64,000 bases of DNA from Mustelus asterias. Its lineage: Eukaryota. The stretch lies in assembly GCF_964213995.1 (NCBI RefSeq), contig NC_135808.1:57226001-57290000 (forward strand). The letters are read 5' to 3'. Under the pieces are notes generated by a model. That model saw only the letters and a list, made by a program, of their open reading frames with translations. It made no database searches and was not told the DNA's origin. Below, piece by piece: positions 12,642-25,705 of the stretch (within the stretch, counting starts at the first letter, position 1; each line of letters starts with the position of its first letter). The position numbers and the translations under genes were made by a program.

Positions 12642-13128
12642 CATGATGTGGAGATGCTGGCGTCGGACTGGGGTGAACACAGTAAGAGTTTTAACAGCAC
12701 CAGGTTAAAGTCCAACAGGTTTATTTGGTAGCAAATACCATAAGCTTTCGGAGCGCTGCTCCTTCGTCAGATGGAGTGGAAATGTGCTCTCAAACAGTGC
12801 ACAGAGACACAAAATCAAGTTACAGGATACTGATTAGAATGCGAATCCCTACAGCCAGCCAGGTCTTAAAGATACAGACAATGTGGGTGGAGGGAGCATT
12901 AAGCACAGTTCAAAGAGATGTGTATTGTCTCCAGACAGGACAGCCTGCAAGTCCAGGAGGCAAGCTGTGGGGGTTACTGATAATGTGACATAAATCCAAC
13001 ATCCCGGTTTAGGCCGTCCTCATGTGTGCGGAACTTGGCTATCTGATAGCCAAACTGATAGCCAAGTTCCGCACACATGAGGACGGCCTAAACCGAGATG
13101 TTGGATTTATGTCACATTATCAGTAACC
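12642..13128 (-). mobile_element. Penelope-like element 3' fragment with short inverted arm
   Basis: same terminus as other family 1 copies (catgatgtggagatg...); endonuclease C-terminus; ~12975-13043 is inverted at ~13053-13128. Confidence 0.85.
12738..12774 (-). ncRNA. minimal hammerhead ribozyme motif (PLE family 1)
   Basis: minus strand CCAU-CUGACGA-A-GGAGC agc GCUCC-GAAA-GC-UU-AUGG. Confidence 0.75.
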
Positions 13129-14146
13129 CTCTGGGTGCTGCACTGGACCGTCAGCCTGTCCTCAAGATCCTAGAGTGGTATTCGGCCCTATATTCTTTTG
13201 ACCCAGAAGCAAGACTGTTGTCACCGAGCCACAGTTGACAGTTATAGATTATTTGATGTGCTATAGAACAGCAACATTTTTCCACGCAGCCGTCCAGTTG
13301 TTATGGGTCAATTGACAAGATGGTGGCAAAGTGACTAACAGATTTCTGAAAGGGAAATTGTGTTTGACCAATCTATTAGGAATTTTTTGACAATGTAGCT
13401 ACTGGGATGCAGGAGGCAGAACCAATACATATGATGTATATAGGTTTTCAAAAAGCATATTTTTGTCACAAAGTGATTAGAGTACAAGAGTAAAGGAATC
13501 TTCCTATAATTATACAGGGTATTGGTGAGTCCTGCCTGGAGTACTGAATGCAATTTTGGTTTCCCTATCTAAGAATGAAATTGTCAACTCCTGCTTCTAT
13601 TCCTTATGTTCTTAACAATATAGGAGGGGAAATAAACAGCGTTTCTATTTATTAACACCTCTTTCACAGCTCAGGACAGGTAATGAGGAATAGCTTGGAA
13701 AGCTCTTAACACCTCTCTGCTCAATCTTTTCATGATTCTCTGCTTTATCAATGTCACTATAGTCACTTTTACTTGGACTTTTCCTCTTTAGTTCCTTCCA
13801 AGCTCCATAAGCTTTGCTGCACTTCAATGAAGGCTCATTGTGCAATCTCCTAGTCCTGTTCATTGTTGCAGAATTTGTTGAATATTGAGGAACATTTTAA
13901 CTTCACCTGCCTATCCTTGCTCTCTATGGACAATTAAAACTGAAGCTTGCTATCAACTAACCACCACTTGATTTACCTCTTCTGCTCTATAACTCTTGTT
14001 AGACTTGGTAATATCCAGCATCATTGAATCACCACTCTGCTTAGATTCAGATCAAGAACAACGTTCTCTAATAGAGAATAGAAAGTTTATTCTGAAATGT
14101 TTTTGTTGCTCTCTGGTTATGATTACTCCCCTTTCTGCTAAAACAG

Positions 14147-14324
14147 TATTACAACCTCAATGGGAAGATGCCACACGTAACATACGAGTACACGATCCCA
14201 CGGCCACCCGTGCTCAAGCCTGCGCCTCCCGTTGAGAGTCCGTTCTACTTCAGTGTCCCTGAAACGAAGTATGAAGACCGTATCAACAACTGGCATCGAG
14301 TCAAACTCCACCCAGGCCCTAATG
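14147..14324 (+). CDS. ADAMTSL2: ADAMTSL2-like exon D: end of spacer plus Pro-rich linker (3' end uncertain, alternative donor at 14372)
   Basis: aaacag|TATTAC; YYNLNGKMPHVTYEYTIPRPPVLKPAPPVESPFYF...HPGPN; donor AATG|gtgaga is phase 1, matching exon E. Confidence 0.82.
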
Positions 14325-15258
14325 GTGAGACATTGCTTCCTAATGATGCAGCTATCCAAATGAGATCACAGGGTCAGAATGTCACAGTGATGTCAGTTTC
14401 ACCTTTGACCTGGAGTTGGGGGATGGGAATGTCTCTCTTGGCAAATTAGATAGTCCGGATTGGGAGCTCTATCCTTCAAATAATCTCTCTGACATTTCTG
14501 AGTTTTATACGTCTCATGAAGCCACATGAATGGAGCAGTTCAAGAGGAAGGTTCAAAATCAGGCTGCAACCTTCCTCAATTCAATATTTGTTTATTTTTT
14601 GTGTGTGAAAGATGTGCCCCCCTCAGCTTTTCCTGTGTTTCCCTGAATTCCAGTATTAACCCCTCATGTAACTCAGAAATGAGTAGCAGCATTCTGAACA
14701 TTAAGACTAGGCCTAAGACATTCAGTTTCTCGATCCTATTCAACCAAATCATGGTTGATCTGGACCCCACCTCCATTTACCCACCTTTTCTCCATACTTC
14801 TTGATACAGTTACCCAGAAATTTCATTGTTAAATTTTTTACCATTTCACCCATTCCCACATTCTACCACTTACCCGCTTCCTCCTAAGGGAGACCATCAC
14901 CTTTCATCATTTGCATTGTTTTATGTTCACTACCCTAATCCACTTGTGGTTATCCCTCAAGCTTTTCACATCCTCAGGACATCTCAAAGCACCTTTGTTT
15001 CCAGTAATGTACTTGAGATGTAGTCAACATTGGAATATAGGGAACCATTGCAGCCAATTTGCTCATAGCAAGGTCCCAGAAACAGCACCGAGATAAATGA
15101 CCAGACAATAAGTAGTGCCACAGGATGCCTTATACCTTCCTGAGAGGGTAGGCAGGGCCTTGGTTTGAACCAAAAGATGTCACCTCTGACAGTGCAAATC
15201 TGTTTCAATACCACGCTGATGTGCAGTCAGGATTACGTGAGGTTTGAACTCTAAGCCA

Positions 15259-15470
15259 AAATAAAAGCAAAATACGGCAGATGCTGCCAATCTGAAATAA
15301 AAGCAGAACATTTTGGAAAAGCTTAACAGACCTGGCAGCATCTGTGGAGAGAAAAACCGAGCTCGAGTTTCGAGTCCGTACAACTCTTCTCTTCAGAGCA
15401 AAACATTAACTCTGTTTCTCTCGCCGCAGATGCTGCCAGACCGGTTGAGTTTTTCCAGTGTTTTCTGTTT
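15259..15470. mobile_element. palindromic short element, family 2
   Basis: aaagcaaaatacggcagatgct...cagcatctgtggagaga / tctctcgccgcagatgctg inverted arms; minus strand CUGAAGA...GAGUU guacg GACUC GAAA. Confidence 0.75.
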
Positions 15471-16462
15471 TCTGATTCAGAGGCGTGAGACTTGAGGTCA
15501 CCGAAAACTTGCAGCAAGGCCTGTTCCCCTGTACTTGCTGACCTACACTATCTCCCAGTCAAGCAACGTCTTGATTTTAAAATTCTCATCCTTTGTTTCT
15601 GAATCCATCCATGACGGCACCCATTCCTATTTTTATAATCTCCTCTTGTCTCTCAACCCTCTGAGATATCTTGCCCTCCGTAAATTTTGGCCTTGTGCTC
15701 ATCCCTGATTTTAAATACTCCAGCAGTGTGACTGTCTTCAGTTGCCTAAATCCCAAGCGCTGCTCCACCTCTTCACCTGGTTTTCCTCCTCAAAACCTAC
15801 ATCTTTGCCCAGGCTTTTGGGCATCTGCCCTAGTATCTCCTCAGGTGGCTCAGTGTGATACTTTGTTTTATAACGCTCCTGTGAAGCACCTCGAGACATT
15901 TATTACATTAAAGGTGCTATTTATGTCGTTGAAAGAAAATTGTCATCTGGTGGAAAAGGGCTGGTTGGGGTGAGAGGGGGGTGCAAGTTTCCAGCTGAAG
16001 TGGGTTGTATCTATTGAGGTGGTTATTCAGTTGAGCGATGCAATTTGAATTGGCAGGCTGTGCATGCTGTATGGCTGTCATTTTTTTTTTTGCTTGAGCA
16101 ATATGGCCAGGTTATAGAGTCTGAGAAGGTCTGAGTGATGGCTCTCCTTAGAAGGGGGATTAAAGCGTGTTAATTTTGCCAATCAATGTATAGTGCAATT
16201 GTCGGGGCCTACATGCATAACTCCATTTTCTCCCTCTGAATGAACTGTCGGTGGATGGATCATTCCAAAAATTATTTTACGGGGATGTGGCAAGGCTAGC
16301 ATTTGTTGCCCATTCCTAATTATCCTAGTTAGGCCATTGCAGAGAGTCAACCACATCACTGTGGATCTGGAGTCACATATAGACCAGGTAAAGGCAGCAG
16401 ATTTCCTGCCCTTAAGGATATTAGTGAACCAGCTGGGTATTTCTGACAAACGATGATGATTT

Positions 16463-16805
16463 ATCATAGAAACCCTACAGTACAGAAAGAGGCCATTCGG
16501 CCCATCGAGTCTGCACTGACCACAATCCCACCCAGGCTCTACCCCCATATCCCTACATATTTTACCCACTAATCCCTCTAACCTACGCATCCTCAGGACA
16601 CTAAGGGGCAATTTTAGCATGGCCAATCAACCTAACCTGCACATCTTTGGACTGTGGGAGGAAACCGGAGCACCCGGAGGAAACCCACGCAGACACGAGG
16701 AGAATGTGCAAACGCCACACAGACAGTGACCCAAGCCGGGAATCGAACCCAGGTCCCTGGAGCTGTGAAGCAGCAGTGCTAACCACTGTGCTACCGTGCC
16801 GCCCC
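16463..16805 (-). mobile_element. HE1/V-SINE, full length
   Basis: minus strand: tRNA-like head with A box (tagcacagtgg) and B box (ggttcgattcc), V-domain gggtttcctccgggtgctccggtttcctcccacagtccaaaga, CR1-like tail ...tttctatgat. Confidence 0.92.
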
Positions 16806-17307
16806 TATCAAAGTCACTATCACTGAGACTGACCTTAGTTTTCAGATTTATTAATTAAATTCAAATTTTGCCAGCTGCAATGGGAGGATTTGAACCCCTG
16901 GCCCCAGTGTATTATCCTGGGTCTCTGGATTATTGGCACAATGACATCCCCACTATGGCATCGTCTCACCAACACATGGTGTTGTGGAGTGGTGGATTGT
17001 AAGTTCAATATCTTGGAAATGGAAGAAAGCAGCCTTCTACTGGGGAAGGGGAAATCAGAGCAAGAATCCTGTGATCAGACCCTCCCCACCCAGCCCCGAA
17101 GACCTGTTTTGCAGAATGGCAGAGTTATGGAACTGATGCTGGCAGATGAAGTTAAGATATAGATCAGCCACAGAGTAACAGGATGGTGGAGTTAGGTTGA
17201 GGAGCTAAACGGCTCTTATTCTCCTGCTCCTATCTTTTTTCCATATGTCAGATTTTGATAACCTACTATACGGAGAGCACAGTTCTAATCCAATGTTTCT
17301 GTCACAG

Positions 17308-17758
17308 CCCTTCAGTCCAATGTGATCAGTCTGAGTCCAACGCCGTGGAACACAACAAGCACTTTGCACCACCCCCGTTTGCACAACAGCTTCCGAAGCA
17401 GTTCGCAGCAGAGCAGCCTGAGACTGATATGTAGGAACAGCTCTCTGAATGCGGCTCTGCCCATCCTGTGTACAGAGCTGCAGGCCAACATGTCAGCCAA
17501 GTTCAGGACTGAGAACTTCACCACTTACTCAAACATGGATCTCAACAGCCAGCAACTTGAAGAACCAAATCAGGGCAGTGTACTTGAACAGCTTCATACG
17601 GACTCAGAGCCTGGAATAAACACTGGAGGCGAGGAGAGGTTTAGTTATAGCCTGCTAACGGATTCGATTTACCCGCTTTCCAATTCCACTGCATTCCACC
17701 TCTTAAACTTCTTGAATAACCACAGGACAGAGCCTGTTCAGTCACCAGACACTGAAAG
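17308..17758 (+). CDS. ADAMTSL2: ADAMTSL2-like exon E: low-complexity N-glycan-rich linker
   Basis: gtttctgtcacag|CC...GAAAG|gtaaga; 451 nt open; phase 1 in and phase 2 out bridge exons D and F exactly; sequons NTT, NSS, NMS, NFT, NST. Confidence 0.8.
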
Positions 17759-17771
17759 GTAAGATTTAACT

Positions 17772-18345
17772 ATTATTTGATTTGATTTATTATTGTCACA
17801 TGTATTAGCATACAGTGAAAAGTATTGTTTCTTGCGTGCTATACAGACAAAGCATGCTGTACATAGAGAAGGAAATGAGAGAGTGCAGAATATAGTGCTA
17901 CAGTTACAGCTAAGGTGTAGAGAAAGATCAACTTAGTGCGAGGTAAGTCCTTTCAAGGGTCTGATGGTAGCAGGGAAGAAGATGTTCTTGAGTCGGTTGG
18001 TACGTGACCTCAGACTTTTGTATCTTTTTCCCAACGGAAGAAGGTGGAAGAGAGTATGTCCGGGGTGTGTGGGGCCCTGAGTTATGTTGGCCGCTTTGCC
18101 AAGGCAGCAGGAAGTGTATACAGAGTCAATGGATGGGAGGGTGGTTTGCGTGATGGATTGGGCTACATTCACAACCTTTTGCAGTTTCTTGTGGTCTTGG
18201 GCAGAGCAGGAGCCATACCAAGCTGTGATACAACCAGAAAGAATGCTTTCTATTTTTCTGTAAAAATTGGTGAGAGTCGTAGCTGACATGCCAAATTTCC
18301 TTAGTCTTCTGAGAAAGTAGAGGTGGTTGGTGGGCTTTCTTAACA
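17772..18345 (-). mobile_element. Rex1/Babar-type LINE 3' fragment
   Basis: LYFLRRLRKFGMS...FYR.IESILSGCITAWYGSC...HPGHTLFHLLP.GKRYKSL...RLKN.FFP; tail aataaatcaaatcaaat. Confidence 0.85.
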
Positions 18346-20718
18346 ATTACTTTATTTTTTGAACTTGAACTCAATTCACTCTTGTTTATCAGTCCCAGAA
18401 GTAATGAAATACAGAGACTGCATCCTGTTTCCTTCTCACAGCAAGGAAAGCAACTGACCAACTTAGACCAGTACATGTGAGGGGGCAGATTAGTATTCTT
18501 GACCTTTTATCGCCTTTGAGAAATTATGAGTAACTTCCCATCAGATCAAGTAAGGAGTAGATCGTCCTATGTGACGGGTGGTTGAATTGCCTTTTCTTGC
18601 TTTGTGCTTCCTGCTTCCTGATATTCTGGTGAAAACAAAATCCAAATATGACGACTGTGCTCTGGAGAAAAGTTGGGAGGTTTCACATAGGTTCTGTTAA
18701 CGTCATGCATCAATCAATCAGCAGCTGTCTCACTCACTGGTCCCTTTTTCTCAGTGTGGATCTAGCTCCCCAGATATAACCCATTGGCATTAACTAGAAG
18801 TTGGTGGTCGAACTGTGCATGGGCAGCTTCCATACCATTCAACAGAACTTGTTAGAAATGCTCTGTATTTTGAGAAAAAATATTGTATAGGAGAACATAA
18901 AATGCAGGGAGCAAATCATTCACGATGAAGATGACAGGTTAGCAGATTTGTTGTTTCATCCTTTGGAGCTATGCTTGACTCTCCTCTCCCCACGTGTCTG
19001 CTGGTTCAAGGAATCCCCTTTGAAATGGGTCTGAGGTAGTAGCAACCCAGTTTCTCCCGGATGTGAGCCCTTAATTTGGCATTAAGTGGCCACAATAAAT
19101 AGAGGTAGAATGATGAACTATTTGTGAATTTTAGGCTCTTCTTGACTCTGCTCTACTTATGGTTTGGAGTATTCAGTACTGACAGTGGGTGCCTGAAATA
19201 GGGAATGTATCCCACTTCCAAGCACTAATATCCTTCAGCTTGATGATCACAAAAACCATTAGTAATTTCCAGCTGAAATTAGCATGAAAACACCGAGCAA
19301 TGAGTCACTATTTGAAAGATAGCAAAATACACCCGGGTGTGTCCTTTAAAGCAACAACTTGACACTTGACAATTTTGACACTCGGTAATAGTGGAAAATG
19401 GACAATGCAGGTTTAGCCACCAGTTGTATGGGATTAGGAGGGATGTGTAACAAGCATCTATATTAATATTACTTGATTTACACAATTGTCCAAAGTCATA
19501 ATTACCCCCATTGCTCTCAAACTTCTTGGGAAATGGGGCCTTCCAAACTTGATCTATTAAACAAAATTTAGTAAATTGAATTAAACTGGTGATGGTCAGC
19601 GTATATAAAAAAAAATATTCTGTGCTCACTAAGGCATTGAAAGCAGATTTTGAATGGAAATATAGAAGTTTACAATATTGGAAGAGGCCATTCATCCCAT
19701 TCTAGCACGAGCTCTCATTCTGTGCCCTGCTCTTTGTCTAGAACCTTTCGTCATTCTCTACTTCAAACACACATTCAATTTTGTTGCAAAGTATTTCCAA
19801 GCTCCAACAAAACCATTCTCCTCACCGTCCTCCTAACTCTCTTGGTCTTCATTTTAAACTTGCTAATTTGGCAACACTGGTTCCTCAAATATGGAAAGCA
19901 GCTTTTACCATTAACTCTGTCAGAGTTCTTTATCGGCCTTCTCTGCTGCAGTAGAAATTTTCCCATTCTCTTGTGGAAGCTCTGGCATTGATCGAATGGT
20001 TGCAAAGTCAGCCTCCCTAAAGGTATAGCCTGTATTTTTCACCCCCAACAAGCCTGAGACAAGGAAAGCAATTTTACTGTCTCTGCATAGGTTCTAAACC
20101 TGGCATCATTCTCTCTGTACATTATCTGTGGCTGTTCTGCCTTTCCACAATAAGAGGCCTAAAACGGCTCATGGTACTCTGAGCACAAAAGCTAGGAATG
20201 CTTCACTCTCAGGAATGCTATGTTTCAGGTGAGATGTTAAACTGAAGCCATGTCTGCCTGATTGACATTAAAGATCCCAAGGCACTGTTTCAAAGGAGAA
20301 CAGGAGAGTTTTCCATGTCCATGCCAGTTTTTCCTGGCCAGTATTTATCCCTCATCCAATATCACTAAAACAGTTATCAGCACCTTACTGTTGGTTGGAG
20401 CTTGCTGTTCGCTAATTTGAGTTTTACATTACATCAATGAGCGCACTTCCAAGTACCTCATTGACTGTAAAGCCTTTTGGGACATCCTGAAGTTGTGAAC
20501 GGCACAATACAAATATCTGGTTGGCTTGTTGGTCCGTCAGTCCATACTTACACTTCCTGAAAATACTGTACATGAAACCCTCTTTTTGTTCCTGCATACA
20601 CTTTTGTGCCTTGCAATTGAGTATATATTCCAAACCCCTGTTTGATCCTAACCTCTTGCTTTGGTCCATTAAATTGACTCTGTCCATACAAAATTCTATA
20701 ATGAGCCTCTTACAATAT

Positions 20719-21035
20719 GGAGCGGCGTACTGGCACAGTGGTTAGCAGTGCTGCCTCATAGGACCTGGATTCGATTCTGGCATTGGGTGACTATGCAGAA
20801 CATTCTCCGTGTCTGAGTGGGTTTCCTCCAAGTGCTGTGGTTTTCTCCCACAGTCTAAAAATGCATAGGATAGGTTGATTGGCCATGCAAATTGCCCCAC
20901 GATGTGTAGGTTAGGGGGATTAGCAGGGTAAATACACAATATTACGGGGATAGGGTCTGAGTGGGATTGTTGTCAGTCAGTGCAGTCTCAATGGGCTGAA
21001 TGGCACGGGCTCCTGCACTGTAGGGATTCTATGAT
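20719..21035 (+). mobile_element. HE1/V-SINE, diverged
   Basis: same head, V-domain and tail order as 16463-16805. Confidence 0.85.
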
Positions 21036-21430
21036 TAAAAGTTTTAATCAATGCCCCCTGTAAATCCATGGCATTACATTGGCCCAATTCTCTAACTGTC
21101 CATTTCGACGCTGCTCTGAAAAAGTATTCAATTTGTGAAACACATCTTGCTCTGGCCAGCTTCATAGCCTGGCCATTTATGTTCATGGGGCACCGGGACA
21201 CAGATGGTGGCTTGGCATGTGGTCAAGCAGTCAGTGTGTGTCCTGAATAGGATGACCTTAATTATAAGCAGACTTTGCCAAGCCCTGGAGCAAACTCTCC
21301 TCAAAGACTTCTGGTCTGTTCACCTTGTACATCTGCAGTTAAACAAGATTGGGGAAATGTAACCAAAACTTCTAAGAGCATCTTCCTTGGGAAAGTGAGA
21401 AGGGGACTGTAACCTATGGACTGTACTAGT

Positions 21431-21602
21431 TAAAAGCAAATTACTGCGGATGTTGAAATCTGAAACAAAAACAGAAAATGCTGGAAAATCTCAGCAGGTC
21501 TGACAGCATCTGTGGAGAGAGAACAGAGTTCAGACTCCGTGCTAGTTCTGTGCTCTCCCCATAGATGCTTTCAGTCATGCTGAGATTTTCCAGCATTTTC
21601 TG
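21431..21602. mobile_element. palindromic short element, family 2, centre deleted
   Basis: same arms as the 9171 copy; imperfect flanking duplication actgta(ct/ta)agtt. Confidence 0.75.
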
Positions 21603-21756
21603 ACACTGTATAAGTTTCCCACTGGTGTGTCAGCTCACTTCCCATTCTTCTTCTCATTCTCTGCTTCATACCCAACTTTACTGAAACTACCTCTTGAATT
21701 CCTTCAATTTGTTTAGCAGGACAGTATCGCAACTCTTCTGGTTGAGGGTGGGGTGT

Positions 21757-23700
21757 TGGCATTGTGGTAATATCACTGGACTAGTAATCCCAAGGCACAG
21801 GCTGATGCTTTGGGGGATATTGGTTCAAAAATCACCACAGCTGGTGGAATTTAAATTCAATTAATGAATCTGCAATTAAAAGCTAGTCTCAATGATGATG
21901 ACTATAGAATTGTAAAAAGCCATCTGGTACACTAATGTCCTTGAGGGAACGAAATCTGCCATCTTTACCTGGTCTGGCCTACTCCAGACTGACACCAAAC
22001 CCCTCATCACCAATGTGATTAACTTTTAAATGTCTACTGAAATGACCGACTGATAATCACTTGGTTGTCTTGAACCGCTTGATGTCCGAAAACGATACGG
22101 ACCACTTGGCATCGACCTAGGCACTCGAAACGACAAACTCGGCTCTGTTGACTCTGCGAAGTTTAACACCTGGAGACTTGTGCCAACGCAACTGTCCATG
22201 ACGGTATCGGTAGGAGTGACTACCGCCCAGTCCTTGTGGAGACAAAGTCCCGTCTTCATATTGAGGATGCCCTCCATCACCACCGTGCTAAATGGGGTAG
22301 ATTTCAAACCAATCTAGCAACTCAAGACTGAGCAACCATGAAGCACTGTGGGGCAGCAGCAGAATTTTACTCGGATCACAATCTGTAACTTCATGGCTGT
22401 TACATCACCCACTGTTCCAATGCCATCAAGATGAGGGATCAATGAAGTGTGCAGGAGGGCATGCTACCTAAAAGCACATGCATACCTAAAAATGAGGTGT
22501 CAACCTGGTGAAACTACATCAGAGGACAACTTGCATGCTAAACAGCAAGTGATAGAGCTAAGTGATCCCTTATGGATCAATTAAGTTTAAGCTCTGCAGT
22601 CCTGCCACATCTAGTTATGAATGATGATGGACAATTAAACAACTCACTGGAGGAGGAGGCTCCACATATATCCCTATCCTCAACGAAAGACAAGCCTGAG
22701 GCATTTGTAATTATGACCCAGAAGTTCCAAGTGGATAGTCCATCTCCGGTTTCGCTTGAGGTCCTCACCATCACAGATGCCAGTCTTCAGCCAATTCAAT
22801 TCAATCCATGTGTTGTCAAGAAGATGCTGGATACTGCAAAGGCCCTGACAATATTCTGGCTATAACACTGAAGGAAGATGGTTGTGGTTGATGGTCAGGC
22901 ATCTCTGTCTTGGGACTCACTGCAAGAGTTCCTCAGGGTAGTGTCCTAGGTCCCCCCATCCTCAGCAGTTTCATCAATGACCTTCCCTCCATCATAAGGT
23001 TGGTAATGGGGATGTTTACTGATAATTGTTCAGCATCTTTTATGGCATCTCAGGTACTGAAGCAGACTGTGTCCATAAGCAGCAAAACAGCTTAGGCTGA
23101 TAAGTGCATGCAACATTTATGCCACACAAGTGCCAAGCAATTACCATCTCCAACAAGAGATTTTCTAACCACCTCCCCTTGGCATTCAATGGCATTTCAC
23201 CCATCAACATTGTGGGGTTATTATTGACTAGAAATTGAACTAGACTGGCCATAAACACTGTGGCCACAAGAGCAGGTGAGAGGTTGGGAATTCTTTGGCA
23301 AGTAAGTTACTATCTCACCACCTAAACATGTCCACTTACCACAAGGCTCAAGTCAGGAGTGTGATGGGGTTCTCCCCGCCTGAATTAGTGAAGCTTCAAC
23401 ACTCAAGAAGCTTGACACCATCTAAGACATAACAGGCTGCTTGATTGGCACCCCATCTGCCACGTTAAACACACACACCCTCCATCTCCAATGCACACTG
23501 GTAGCAGTGCGTACCATCTGTAAGATGCACTGCAGCAACTCTCCAAGCAACCTTTGACAGCACCTTCTAAACCCGTGATCTCTACCACCTAAAATGGTGA
23601 GAGCAGCAGATGCATGGGAATTCCACCACCTTCCAGTTTTCCTCCAAGCCGCCCTCCTGACTTGGAAATATATCACCATTCCTTCACTGCGTCTGGATTA
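21757..23700 (+). mobile_element. heavily deleted non-LTR retrotransposon (CR1/L2-group RT remnants) preceded by a tRNA-like head
   Basis: VPQGSVLGP...FINDLP...MF.D RT motifs at 22925-23025; LDTAKA motif at ~22830. Confidence 0.7.
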
Positions 23701-24528
23701 ACAGCCATCTCAGTACCCATCAAACCAGACAGGAAGCAAATTATCCTCAATTCTGAAGGACTGTCTAAAAAGGAGTATTGACCATTTAAAGTGAAATTGA
23801 CCTCTTTGAAAGATGTTTCATATGTTGTTTAATATTTGAATTATGCTGGTTGTAATGCGTTACGGAAAACAGTTTTAAAAAATGAAATTGTGTCCATCAT
23901 TTGGCTTCATGGAGATTACTTTATTGTTTAAAAGTAATCGGCCTCTCTGGGATTGTAGAAAGATTTGAAATGGTTAATTGAGCTAGCATTTAGTGCCTCT
24001 GTGGAGAGAGTTCCATACTTCTTCCACTCTTTTTGATTGAAGAAGCACTTCTGATTTCTCTCCTGAATGGCTGAATATCCCCTTGCCCCAGACTTTCCCC
24101 ACTAGTGGGATATGTTTCTTTCTATCTAACAAAGAAGGACAGTACAGAACAGGCCCTTCGGCCCACCAAGTCTGCATCGTCCATGATTGGGATGTACTGC
24201 AGCAAGTCCTTTCGTAAAACCCTCAGCCAAATTACCCCCATAACCTTCTATAGACCCAGAGAATGCAAGCCTAGTTTATGTAGTCTTTTCGCATAAATTA
24301 ATGAGCCCTGTAACATTCTGGTGACTCTCCATTGCATTCTCTCCATGAGAAATTTATCTTTTCTTAAGGAGTGGTACCTGGAATTGTTCATACTATCCTC
24401 AGATATGGTCTAACCAGAGATTTGCATATATGCAGCAAAGCTTCCCTTTATACCCTAGCCTACTAAGTTATAAAAAAACAACATTCCATTTGTCTTTAGG
24501 ATTATTTTTTGTGACCTAATTTCTACAC

Positions 24529-24832
24529 CAGTGGTTCCCAAAGGGTGCGGCGTGCCACACTGCTGCGGCGAGAGAGGATGGCAAGTGTGGCGGGACGATT
24601 CAAGGACAATCAAAGAAACATTAAAACATGGTTTAAACAAGCATTGTTTTATACTTTTTGGATGTCCCATGATCATATTATAAAGTAGTTGTGTTCTATG
24701 TTATGAATCAAGCACTGCTCGGAGTTGTTGTTTTGTTTTGAATGTATTTCTTATCAATAAAATATTTGGTGTGGCGCGAGCAAATTTTTATTCTGAAAGT
24801 GCGGCCCAGTGGAAAAAGTTTGGGAACCACTG
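24529..24832. mobile_element. hAT (Charlie-type) MITE, 304 bp
   Basis: TIR CAGTGGTTCCCAAA / TTTGGGAACCACTG; perfect 8 bp TSD ttctacac (24521-24528, 24833-24840). Confidence 0.92.
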
Positions 24833-25649
24833 TTCTACACCTCAGTGATCGGAGTACCTGGAATCCTAAATTTCTTTGGACCCCCACTCTTTAGCTTATT
24901 AGCGTTTAAATCTATCCTGTTTTGGTCCAAAGTGGATAACTTCACACTTGCCCTGCAACAAAATCTGCCTCAGTTTTACCCAATCTCAGTGTCACTTTGT
25001 GATCTTATATACACTACTGAATATGTGACCAATCTTTGTTTTTGGCAAACTTGGTTACATGGCTCCCTATTGCACTAAGTTATTAATAAATATAATGAAT
25101 AACTGAGACCCTGCACATGTTCTTGTGGAAAAGCACAAATCACTTTCTTCTGGTTTGGGTACCTGCCCATTATCTCCACCTATCATCAATCAGATCAATA
25201 ACTTGCCTTCAGTTCTCTGAGCTTTAATTTTAGCCGGGTGATGAGGCAGATCCCAGGTTTACCTTAGCTGGAATGGGAATCAAATCCACATTGTCATGCT
25301 AACCATCTAGCCAACTGAGCTAACCAGCCCTCTTAGAGGTGCATACTGACCCTGTACTGAGCCAAACTTTTTTTTTGAACATCTCCCATTGTTCCAGTTT
25401 AGTTTACCCAACAACAGTTTTGATCAGTTTGCTGTCACCAATGTCTCTCATTCCATTAAAGTTGGTTTTAACTAAAGTCTATGTTTAAATGTCTCCCCTT
25501 TAAGCCGAACATTTAACTTTAATCATATTATGATCACTCATAGATAAATTGTCCCTTACATATTGTTTTACTTATCAGAAGAATAACCTTCAGCTCATTC
25601 CTCCCTGTTTATGTCTCAAGTAAATGGAGATAATAAGGCACAGCTATTG

Positions 25650-25705
25650 GGGTCGGCTTGTCCATGCAGTCTTTAAAGGGTCGGCTTGTCCATGCAGTCT
25701 TTAAA
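25650..25705. repeat. perfect 28 bp tandem duplication
   Basis: gggtcggcttgtccatgcagtctttaaa occurs twice in tandem. Confidence 0.9.

Noticed and set aside
16730-16805. tRNA gene (A and B boxes)
   Set aside because: It is the tRNA-derived head of an HE1 SINE, continuous with the V-domain and tail; no cloverleaf.
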